Below, one piece after another: positions 9,333 through 18,500 of a DNA stretch of 64,000 nt. The stretch's first letter is position 1; every line of letters begins with the position of its first letter. A program made the position numbers and the translations under genes. Below the pieces are notes generated by a model. It did no database searches. It had not been told where the DNA came from and saw only the letters and a list, made by a program, of their open reading frames with translations. This stretch comes from a virus. The stretch is from the IMG/VR virus record IMGVR_UViG_3300027749_000065, positions 34,811 through 98,810 of that record; one strand, 5' to 3'.

Positions 9333-10856
9333 ATGAAAATAGAATTAAAATGTAAAAATTGTAATGAGTCATTTATGACTGATTTTAAATTTAGAGATAA
9401 AAGTTTTTGTAATAGAAAATGTTATTTTGAGTATGCAAATGAAAATAAGTTACTGGGTAATAAGAAAAATGAATCAGTAAGGGAGAAGAGAATTTGTGTT
9501 CAATGTGGAGATGAATTTTTGGAGAGAAAAAAATATGAAAGAAAATTATGTTCTGAAAAATGTAGAAAAGAATGGAATATTACTGAGGATAATAAAAATG
9601 ACAGAATAAAAAAATCAAAAGAATCGATGATTAATAAATATGGTGTTGATTGTCATTTTAAAACTAATGATTTCAAACTTAATGTTAAAAATTTAATGTT
9701 TGAAAAACATGGTGTTTATCACCCAATGGAAAAAAAAGAATTTGTTGATAAATTAAAAAATACCTTTCGTGAAAATCATTTACCAAAATTAATACAGGAA
9801 TTAAAAACAAATAATATAGAATTAATTGATGATTACATAAATAATAAAGATAAAAATACAAGTAGAACATATAATTTTAAATGTTTAAAATGTGATAATA
9901 TATTTTCAAGTACATTATTAGGTTCTGGTAAAATACCTATTTGTAGAAAATGTTATCCAATAATTAAAAACTCATCTATAGAAGTCTTTATTAAAGATTT
10001 ATTAAATGAAAACCAAATAACACATGTAGATGGTAATAGAAAAATTTTAAATGGTAAAGAAATTGATATTTTAATTAAAGAAAAAAATATTGGGTTCGAA
10101 ATAAATGGTAATTATTATCATTCAGAAATAAGTGGAGAAAAAGACAAAAATTATCATATTAATAAAAGTAAAATATGTTATGATAATAATATCAAATTAA
10201 TACATATATATGAAGATGAAATAATGTTAAAATTTCCGATAGTTAAATCTAGAATTAAAAATATATTGGGAATTTCTGAAAATAAAATATATGGTAGGAA
10301 ATGTATTGTTAAAGAAATCGATAAAAAAACAGCATCTAATTTTTTAGATAAAAATCACATACAAGGTAATTGTGTCGATAAAATTAGATTAGGTTTATTT
10401 TATGAAAACACATTGGTTTCTATTATGACATTTTCAAATAAAAGAAAAGTATTAGGTAATAAATCCGCAATAAATGAATTTGAATTAATACGATTTTGTA
10501 ATATAATTGATTCAAATGTAATTGGATCATTTTCAAAATTATTGAATTATTTTATTAACAATTTTTCACCAAATAAAATTATTACATACGCAGATATTAG
10601 ATGGTCAGGTTTAAATCCTGAAAGTACAATATACAAAAAATATGGTTTTAAATTTATAGGTACAACACCACCAAATTATTGGTATTTAAATAGAGAAAAT
10701 TATTTAAATAGATACCATCGTTTTAATTTTAGAAAAGATATTTTATTAAAAGAAGGATTTAATAAAATTCAAACAGAATGGGAAATTATGAAATTAAAAA
10801 ATTATGATAGAATTTGGGATTGTGGATCAATGAAATTTGAACTAAATTTATTATAA
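9333..10856 (+). CDS. Free-standing putative homing endonuclease (Zn-finger repeats, Vsr/DUF559-like domain, C-terminal Hef-like domain)
   Basis: CxxC...FCxxxC repeats, KYGV repeats, EIDI...FEINGNYYH...LIHIYEDE, and C-terminal ELIRFC/TYADIRW/RIWDCG. Inserted between sheath and tube genes. Confidence 0.75.
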   Translation: MKIELKCKNCNESFMTDFKFRDKSFCNRKCYFEYANENKLLGNKKNESVREKRICVQCGDEFLERKKYERKLCSEKCRKEWNITEDNKNDRIKKSKESMINKYGVDCHFKTNDFKLNVKNLMFEKHGVYHPMEKKEFVDKLKNTFRENHLPKLIQELKTNNIELIDDYINNKDKNTSRTYNFKCLKCDNIFSSTLLGSGKIPICRKCYPIIKNSSIEVFIKDLLNENQITHVDGNRKILNGKEIDILIKEKNIGFEINGNYYHSEISGEKDKNYHINKSKICYDNNIKLIHIYEDEIMLKFPIVKSRIKNILGISENKIYGRKCIVKEIDKKTASNFLDKNHIQGNCVDKIRLGLFYENTLVSIMTFSNKRKVLGNKSAINEFELIRFCNIIDSNVIGSFSKLLNYFINNFSPNKIITYADIRWSGLNPESTIYKKYGFKFIGTTPPNYWYLNRENYLNRYHRFNFRKDILLKEGFNKIQTEWEIMKLKNYDRIWDCGSMKFELNLL

Positions 10857-10876
10857 CACCAATAGGTGACTCATTT

Positions 10877-10913
10877 AAAAAAGACCTTGATTTATTTCAA
10901 GGTCTTTTTTTTT
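10877..10913 (+). terminator. Intrinsic terminator
   Basis: AAAAAAGACCTTGA-tttatt-TCAAGGTCTTTTTT followed by a T run. Confidence 0.8.
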
Positions 10914-10955
10914 ACTTTTTTTTATAAAATTAATTTATACTGGACCATTATAAAA

Positions 10956-11019
10956 TACTAGAACTAGATATACTAGAACTAGATATACTAGAACTAGATA
11001 TACTAGAACTAGATATACT
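10956..11019. repeat. Tandem array of 4 perfect 15-bp units TACTAGAACTAGATA plus a partial unit
   Basis: Units start at 10956, 10971, 10986 and 11001, then TACT. Intergenic and followed by a long A-rich tract. Confidence 0.95.
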
Positions 11020-11147
11020 GGGTACCTAACAAATATAAATAAAAAAATTCAAATAAAAAAGTATTAAATAAAATAAATAAAATATTTTCAAAAATCACAT
11101 ATTTATAATAAAAGAATAAAATAAACTAAAACAAAAAAATAAAAAAA

Positions 11148-11636
11148 ATGGCAGATTTATTAATGAAAATGCCGGTTCCATATGAACCGTTAAGAGTAAA
11201 CAGATTTATATTGAGATTCCCAACTTCATTAGGGATTAATGAATGGTTTGTTACTTCAACATCAAGACCTAAAGCAAAAATAAATTCAGTAGCAATTCCA
11301 TTTTTAAATACTTCAACATATGTTGCTGGTAGATTTGAATGGGAAGAAATGCAAGTTACATTTAAAGACCCAATTGGACCATCTGCATCTCAAGCATTAA
11401 TGGAATGGTTTCGTTTACATGCGGAATCAGTAACAGGACGTATGGGATATGCTGCTGGTTATAAAAAAGACATTGAACTTGAAATGTTAGATCCAACAGG
11501 TGTTGTTGTTCAAAAATGGATACTTCAAGGTACATTCATGACAGGATTTGATGGTCAAGCTTTAGATTACTCAAGAGATGAAATTGCAACTATTCAAGTA
11601 GGTTTACGCCCGGATAGATGTATACTTGTCTACTAG
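11148..11636 (+). CDS. Tail tube protein (gp19-like)
   Basis: 162 aa with EPLRVNRF, YVAGRFEW, GYAAGYKKD and LDYS motifs; located after the sheath gene. Confidence 0.92.
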   Translation: MADLLMKMPVPYEPLRVNRFILRFPTSLGINEWFVTSTSRPKAKINSVAIPFLNTSTYVAGRFEWEEMQVTFKDPIGPSASQALMEWFRLHAESVTGRMGYAAGYKKDIELEMLDPTGVVVQKWILQGTFMTGFDGQALDYSRDEIATIQVGLRPDRCILVY

Positions 11637-11678
11637 TTTTTTACAAAAATATATCTATCGGGTTTACATTTTACTATT

Positions 11679-11718
11679 ATTTCCATATATTTATCTAAAA
11701 AGGTAGATATATGGAAAT
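11679..11718 (+). promoter_or_regulatory. Hairpin sequestering the endonuclease start codon, with the TATTTAT motif in its 5' arm
   Basis: ATTTCCATATATTTATCT-aaaa-AGGTAGATATATGGAAAT: 18-bp stem with two G-U pairs. ATG 11711 lies in the 3' arm. Confidence 0.75.
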
Positions 11719-12616
11719 TTTTATTTGTAAGATATGTAAAAAAGAGTTTAATAGTTTATTAGGTGTTTCAAATCATTCTAATAGATTTCATAACATAAGT
11801 CCTAAAATGACATATATTGATTTTGTTTTGAATAATGTAGAACCTAAATGTGAATGTGGTTGTGGTGAAAAAACAAAATTTTTAACTATAAATAAAGGTT
11901 TTAGTAAGTTTATTTCTGGACATAATAGTTCCACATCAAATAATAACTTTCATAAAAACCCTGAAAGTAAAATTAAATCGGCAAAGACACAATCTGAAAA
12001 TTGGAGTAAAGGTATGTATCGTAGATGGTGGGAAGAGGATACTGAAGATACTAAACAAAAAATTGAAGGGATAAAAGAAAAATTAAGAAACGACAAAGTA
12101 AGAGGTAAGAAAATATCTGATAAATTATCAGGTGTACCTAAAACAGAAGAAAGTAAAATTAAAAATTCGTTATCTCAAATCGAAAGATATAAAAATAACC
12201 CCCAATTAAAAATTGATGCATCTAAAAGAAAACTAATTTGGATGAGAAATAATTCAAAAGTTAAAACATCTAAATTAGAAATTATTTTCTCTAAAATTTT
12301 AGATGATCTTGGTTTAATAAAAGATGTTGATTATATACATAATTATTTAATATCTGAAATTAAAACTTTTTTTGATTTTTATTTTATTAATAAAAAAATA
12401 TTAATTGAAGTTGATGGTGATTTTTATCATTGTAATCCAAATAGTAAATTTTCAATTCCAAAATACGAAATACAAAATAAAAACATATCAAATGATAAAA
12501 GGAAAAATACATGGTGTAAAAATCATAATATCATATTAATTCGTTATTGGGAAAAAGATATAAATGAAAACCCTGAATATGTAATAAAAGATTTAAAAGA
12601 AAAATTAGGTATTTGA
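11711..12616 (+). CDS. Free-standing homing endonuclease (Zn finger, CxCGCG, NUMOD3-like, Vsr/DUF559-like)
   Basis: CKIC..H..H, CECGCG, KTEESKIKNS, FFDF...IEVDGDFYH...IRYWE. Confidence 0.8.
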   Translation: MEIFICKICKKEFNSLLGVSNHSNRFHNISPKMTYIDFVLNNVEPKCECGCGEKTKFLTINKGFSKFISGHNSSTSNNNFHKNPESKIKSAKTQSENWSKGMYRRWWEEDTEDTKQKIEGIKEKLRNDKVRGKKISDKLSGVPKTEESKIKNSLSQIERYKNNPQLKIDASKRKLIWMRNNSKVKTSKLEIIFSKILDDLGLIKDVDYIHNYLISEIKTFFDFYFINKKILIEVDGDFYHCNPNSKFSIPKYEIQNKNISNDKRKNTWCKNHNIILIRYWEKDINENPEYVIKDLKEKLGI

Positions 12617-12648
12617 TTTTTTTACAAAAATATATTTCAAATTATACG

Positions 12649-12677
12649 AATTCCCATATTTTATATGGGAATTTTTT
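12649..12677 (+). terminator. Intrinsic terminator
   Basis: AATTCCCATAT-ttt-ATATGGGAATT followed by Ts. Confidence 0.7.
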
Positions 12678-12731
12678 ATTTATAAAAAAAATTCTTTACT
12701 TTCAACTATATATTAATTAAATTAATGTATT

Positions 12732-13481
12732 ATGGAAGAATTAAAGATTGACCCAAGAGTTGCTTATGATGTAGTAGAACTACCGAGCAAAGGTATTCAT
12801 TACCCAAACAAAAAGAAATCAGTTAGAGTTGCGTATTTAACTGCTGCAGATGAAAATATCTTATCTGCACCGAATTTTATAAATTCAGATTCAATGATTG
12901 GTGAATTGTTGAAAAGAAAAGTATTAGATAGAGATATTGATACTGATGATTTAGTTGAAGAAGATATTCAAACTATTCTTATCTTTTTAAGAAATACTGC
13001 TTTTGGTAGTGAATATGAAATTACCACTACTGATCCTAAAACAAATAAACCTTTCAATACTAAAATTGATTTGGGTTCATTGAAAGTAAAAGACTTTAAT
13101 TTAGTTGGAAATAGTGACGATGAGTTTTCATATTATTTTGAAAAATCTAAAGTTGATATTACTTTTAAATTTTTAAATAAAAAACAAGAAAGAGAAATTG
13201 AAAAAATTAAAACAGGTTGGAATGGTTTAGGTGCACCACCTATTGTTACAAAAAGATTGGAATTTATGATTAAATCCATAGGAGGAAATAAAGACCAATT
13301 AAATATTAGAAATTTAGTTGAAAATTTACCAATTAAGGATTCACAAGATTTTAGAAAATTTGTTGAAGAAAATAAACCAGGTTTAGACCTAACACAAACT
13401 GTAACAACCCCATCAGGAGAGAATATCCAAGTAAATATTGGATTTGGGGTAGAATTCTTTCTCCCTTTCTTCGGACTATAA
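12732..13481 (+). CDS. Tail assembly chaperone / baseplate hub assembly protein (gp26-like)
   Basis: VELPSKG, LTAADENIL, LIFLRNTAFG and GVEFF motifs; lies between tube and tape measure genes. Confidence 0.75.
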   Translation: MEELKIDPRVAYDVVELPSKGIHYPNKKKSVRVAYLTAADENILSAPNFINSDSMIGELLKRKVLDRDIDTDDLVEEDIQTILIFLRNTAFGSEYEITTTDPKTNKPFNTKIDLGSLKVKDFNLVGNSDDEFSYYFEKSKVDITFKFLNKKQEREIEKIKTGWNGLGAPPIVTKRLEFMIKSIGGNKDQLNIRNLVENLPIKDSQDFRKFVEENKPGLDLTQTVTTPSGENIQVNIGFGVEFFLPFFGL

Positions 13482-13605
13482 GGTATCACAATTAAATGAA
13501 ATTTTATTATTAGTTACTAGAGGTTTTAGTTATTCTGATTTATTAATAATGCCAATCTATGTAAGAAGGTTTTATATTAATCAATTAATAGTAAATAAAA
13601 ATTAA
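13453..13605 (+). CDS. +1-frame extension of the tail chaperone (putative programmed frameshift product)
   Basis: Frame open 13453-13605 encoding ...SDYKVSQLNEILLLVTRGFSYSDLLIMPIYVRRFYINQLIVNKN. The only ATG is near the end (13549). Confidence 0.65.
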   Translation, partial: NSFSLSSDYKVSQLNEILLLVTRGFSYSDLLIMPIYVRRFYINQLIVNKN

Positions 13606-13631
13606 TCTATTTATTAATAAATTACTTAACT

Positions 13632-15521
13632 ATGACTATAGATGAAATAATTGATTTGGTTAATAAATCTAAAAATGAAAATGATTTTATTGCAAATTTA
13701 AGAGATAAAAAAGATCTTGTTTCAGATGAAAAAGCTAGACGTTTTTACAATCAACATAAAATTAAAACAGAACCAAATAAAAGTACGGGAGGTTCTAATA
13801 ATTCTAGTAATAGTGATACGGTTGGTGATTTTGCAGGTGGGTTAAATGATATATTAGATAAATTCCAAACAAAATCTAGATATAGTAATCCAGATTCAAA
13901 TACGGGAAATATTAGTGATATTTTAAAAACTATAGAAAAAGGTGGTGTATCTTGGAGTACTGTACTTGGCACTATAAAACTATCAATGGGTGCTATTGTT
14001 GATCAGATTGCAAAAGAAAGTGACTTACATACTAATATAAATGAATCTTTAGGTGTCACTGGAAAATTATCAGAAGACACAAGGGATGCAATTATTCAAT
14101 CTTCAGTACATGCGAAAGAATTTGGTTATGGTTTAGAAGACGTTGCAAGTTTATCCAAAAGTATTGGAGAATCAACGGGCAAATTTAATATGTTATCTGA
14201 TCAACAAATGAATAAGGCGGAAGAAACTGCAAGGGCATTTGTTGGTACTTTAAATCAAATGGGTGAAACATTTAATCAATTTGAACAAGTTGGTATTGGG
14301 GCAACAAAGGCGATGGAAGATATCAATAATGCCGGTCTAACATCATTACATTTAGGATTAAATGCGAAAAAAACAGTTAAAGATATAAGTGAAAACTTAG
14401 GTAAATTAAATGAATATGGTTTCAAGAATGGTGTTCAAGGTTTAGCTGAAATGTCAAGAAAGTCAACTGAGTTCAGAATGAGTATGTCCGAAGTTTTTAA
14501 AGTTGCGGATAAAGTAATGAGCCCAGAAGGTGCGATTGATTTGGCAGCGAATTTACAAGTTTTAGGTGGTGCAATTGGTGATTTTAATGACCCATTAAAA
14601 ATGATGTACGACGCAACAAATAATGTTGAAGGTTTACAAGATGCTTTAATAAAGAGTGCAAGTTCATTGGCAACATATAACAAAGAACAAGGTAGATTTG
14701 AAATAACAGGTATTAATTTAAGAAGAGCTAAAGAAATGGCTTCTCAACTTGGTGTTAGTATGGGTGAACTAACTAAAAGCGCAATCGCATCACAAGAAAG
14801 GATGGAAGGGATGGCTGAGATGACATCTAAAGCGTTTAGTGGTTTTAAAGATACTGATAAAGAATTTTTACTTAATATGTCTAGAATGGATAAAGGTGAA
14901 ATGAAGATATCTATTCCACCAAACCTAAGAGAAAATTTAGAATTAAAATTTGGTGACCAATCACAGGTTGCATTAAAAGATTTAAGTGATAAACAAGCAA
15001 ATGCATTATTGGAATATAAAAAACAAATTGAAACTATGGGTAGTGCGGAGGACGTTGCTAGAGGACAATTTAGTGCTATTGTTAATATTAAAAATTCATT
15101 GGACACCATAATACAATCACAGATAACTAAAGGTTCTAAAATGGTTATGGGTAGTGGTGATAATAGATTAGGTCTCAATAAAAAATTAGGAAATATTTCA
15201 AAAAGTTTGGTTGAAAGTTCAAAATACGTACAAAATAATGTAAATTTACCTGAAACTGCTGTTGGTGAAGTTAATAAAATAATTAACGAATTTAAAAATA
15301 GTGAAATATTTAAAACACTTAGTAATATTGAAAATTCGGCAGAAGAAAATGCTAAAAAAATGATTAGTGCAGTAAGTGAGGGTGTTTCTAAAGGTGGTGA
15401 AATAGTTAAAGAGGCGTTTAAAAGTATGTCTAATATTACAAACAATATCACTAATAATTACAATGGTGATTCGTCAAGTGGGAATAAAGGTAATTTTTTA
15501 TCCCCAACTAAATCTAAATAA
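13632..15521 (+). CDS. Tail tape measure protein
   Basis: 629 aa, Ala/Gly/Ser-rich and helical; directly after the chaperone. Confidence 0.75.
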   Translation: MTIDEIIDLVNKSKNENDFIANLRDKKDLVSDEKARRFYNQHKIKTEPNKSTGGSNNSSNSDTVGDFAGGLNDILDKFQTKSRYSNPDSNTGNISDILKTIEKGGVSWSTVLGTIKLSMGAIVDQIAKESDLHTNINESLGVTGKLSEDTRDAIIQSSVHAKEFGYGLEDVASLSKSIGESTGKFNMLSDQQMNKAEETARAFVGTLNQMGETFNQFEQVGIGATKAMEDINNAGLTSLHLGLNAKKTVKDISENLGKLNEYGFKNGVQGLAEMSRKSTEFRMSMSEVFKVADKVMSPEGAIDLAANLQVLGGAIGDFNDPLKMMYDATNNVEGLQDALIKSASSLATYNKEQGRFEITGINLRRAKEMASQLGVSMGELTKSAIASQERMEGMAEMTSKAFSGFKDTDKEFLLNMSRMDKGEMKISIPPNLRENLELKFGDQSQVALKDLSDKQANALLEYKKQIETMGSAEDVARGQFSAIVNIKNSLDTIIQSQITKGSKMVMGSGDNRLGLNKKLGNISKSLVESSKYVQNNVNLPETAVGEVNKIINEFKNSEIFKTLSNIENSAEENAKKMISAVSEGVSKGGEIVKEAFKSMSNITNNITNNYNGDSSSGNKGNFLSPTKSK

Positions 15522-15563
15522 ATAATATTTTTTAATATTGTCTATTTATTATAAAACACAATA

Positions 15564-18500
15564 ATGCCAAGTTATTTAGATTTTAATACAACAAAAGTTT
15601 TTAGGGACGCAGTAATAAATAGAACTTTAAAACAACCTAATGGACCTCAAACATTTACAAGTGCAAACTATGTAGTTCAAGGTACTAATGATTTTCCTGA
15701 TATCTATCAAGGTACGGTTGAAGATATTAGACCATCTAAATTATTATTAACACAAAATAGTAATATTTATAAACCAACAAATTATTTTATTAACGACACA
15801 ATAGGTGTATTACCAAGGAAATCTAATTTAACATTATATCCTTATTTTGTCTCAAGTAAACATAATTTAATTGGTATAATGACAAGTGGTGATGATACTA
15901 CTGAATCTGAATTATATCGTTTTGCAGCACATTACATTAAAACTAATTCAAATGGACCTGTTCTTTCTAGAGTTACACAGAACTTGGAATCCGCAACTAT
16001 TGGTAGATTTAGATTAGCAGACGCATTAAATGGTAATACTGCAACAGCATTAAACATATTAACTGGTAGAGAACCTTTAATTGAACCAAATTATAAAGTT
16101 ACTGTTTCAAATTCGTTGGTAGGTAAAGCAATTGATTTTGTTCAAACAGTTGCAGGAACATCATTACCATTTTCAACAATACCGGGTGATTATTTAACTG
16201 ACCCAAGAAACCCTATTCATTATAGACCAACACCAAGTTCGGAATTAGGAAAAGTTGTTCAAGATGTTACTGGTGCAATTGGTTCATTAATTGGTATTCA
16301 AAGAAGACCAAAAACAACAAGAAAACCATCTGATTTATTAATTGAACATACAAGTAATGGTCAATTAAATAGATTATATGATTTATTATCTTATTCAAAA
16401 TATGCACCTAATTATACAACAGTAGCAAGATCACAAAATTCATCTAAATTATTTGGTTTTATTGATAAAGTTGCTCAAGGTATAAAAAATGTTTTAGGTA
16501 CAGAAGCACCAGCTGGTAAAGCGTATATCGGTGATGATAGATCTGATAATGTGATAAATGCAATGACAGACCAATTCGGAAGACCTGTTCATAGTACATA
16601 TTATTTAGGTTTAAAATTTGACCCAATTCAAACAAATTATTTTGAAGGGATGAAGGGATTAAGCGAAGGTGGTGATATTGCCAGTAAATTAACATGGTAT
16701 GGTATTAATTCAAGAAAGAATAATAAATTAGGTGTAAATAATGCAAATTATAAAACATCACAAGAAAGTAAAATTTTACCTACTCTTTCAACAAATACAA
16801 ATTTTAGAGAAGGTTCAATATTATCAGTAACTCAAGAGATACTTAACACAATGCCACCAGGAGGACAATCACGTACTCATGTTGGTAATGTTATTGACCA
16901 AACTTCTAGAGTATTCAAAGAAGGTAATAAAATGTTATCAAGAGGTTCTGCAATTAAATATACTGAAAAATTTACTGGTATTGAAAGTGGTGTTGAGTAT
17001 TGTAGGGTTTGGACAAAAGATAGACCATATTATACATATGCAGATACAATGAAACGTAATGCTAACATTAGAAAAATGGATGGTAGCGTTATGGGTGGGG
17101 CTAGTAGAGTTTGGAATTTAAATTATGGTCCAATAAGTGTAAATAATAAAGATTTTGTAGGTTCAACAAATTTATTTCCACGTACAAAAAGTTCTAATGA
17201 ACCTGAAAATTTTTATGCTAAAAAATATATGTTTTCAATTGAAAACTTAGCATGGAGATCATCAAATAAACCTGGGTTTACTGTACAAGATTTACCTGTT
17301 TGTGAAAGAGGTAATAATGGTGGTAGAGTTATGTGGTTTCCACCATATGATTTAAAAGTTCAAGAAAGTAATGCTGCAAGATGGGAAAGTAATTCATTTT
17401 TAGGAAGACCTGAACCAATTTATACATATCAAAATACTGAAAGAAGTGGTACGATTAGTTTTAAAGTAGTTGTAGATCACCCAAGTATTTTAAATTTATT
17501 AGTTAATCAAGAACTTAAAAATAAAAGTGATGAAGAAGCCGATAATTATATTAATGCATTTTTTGCTGGTTGTAAAGATCTTGATTTGTATGAATTAGTA
17601 CAAAAATACAAAACAGTAAGTGCTAGTGATTTAGAATTGATAATTGAATATATTAATAATGATAAACCAAATCAAGATATTGTTACAGAAAATAAAATAA
17701 TTTTAGAACCAATTGTACAACCAGAACCAGATGTAAAGGTAGATCCAAGTCCAATCAAAGTACCACCATTATTGGTTCATTTAAGATTCCAAAATGATTA
17801 TCCAAAAATACAAGTTAGCGATACTGCAAGTAAAGATAATTATGAAACTTATTATAAAGATATTTCTAGTGATTCATTTAAGACTAATACAAAAAATCAA
17901 TTAATAGATGGTATAACAAAAATATATAATAATAGTAATGATTTAAAATCTATAAATGATAGGGATATTTTACAATTAACACCAGGAGATACTTTATCAA
18001 ATTGGACGGCAAGTACAGTTTCATTACTTGAAAAAGTTTTTACTAGTTCAGAAACTGGATATAACGACTTTAAACAAAGAATGAGTGATTTAAAGAATGA
18101 TTTAACAAGTGGTTTAACGGGTAATATTAGAATTGGTATTACTTCATCATGTTCTGCTGTTGCTGATAATACATACAATATGGCATTATCTGTAAGAAGA
18201 ACCGATTCAATCATTCAAGAAGTTTTGGCATTAATATCAACAGGTACACAAGACAGTAAATTAAACATAAGTAAAGCAGATTTACCTGTAAAAGGTGACA
18301 CCGATAAAATAAAAGAGGTGGTATATACATTTAAAGAGTTAGGTTTTTCTTTAAACCCTGATAAAACATTAACTTTCACAACACATAGTAAAGGTGAAAC
18401 TGCTGAAAGTGATTTTAGTGGTGATTGTGGTAAAAAGAATTTTTATAACACTAATTTAAAAATTGCATCACATCTTGCATTTGGTTGTAGACAATCTATT

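Larger units (their letters stand above)
11637..12635. repeat. 18-bp direct repeat flanking the endonuclease cassette
   Basis: TTTTTTACAAAAATATAT at 11637-11654 and 12618-12635. Confidence 0.8.

Noticed and set aside
10956-11019. Tandem repeats as a CRISPR array
   Set aside because: The units are contiguous 15-mers with no spacers, and no cas genes are present.
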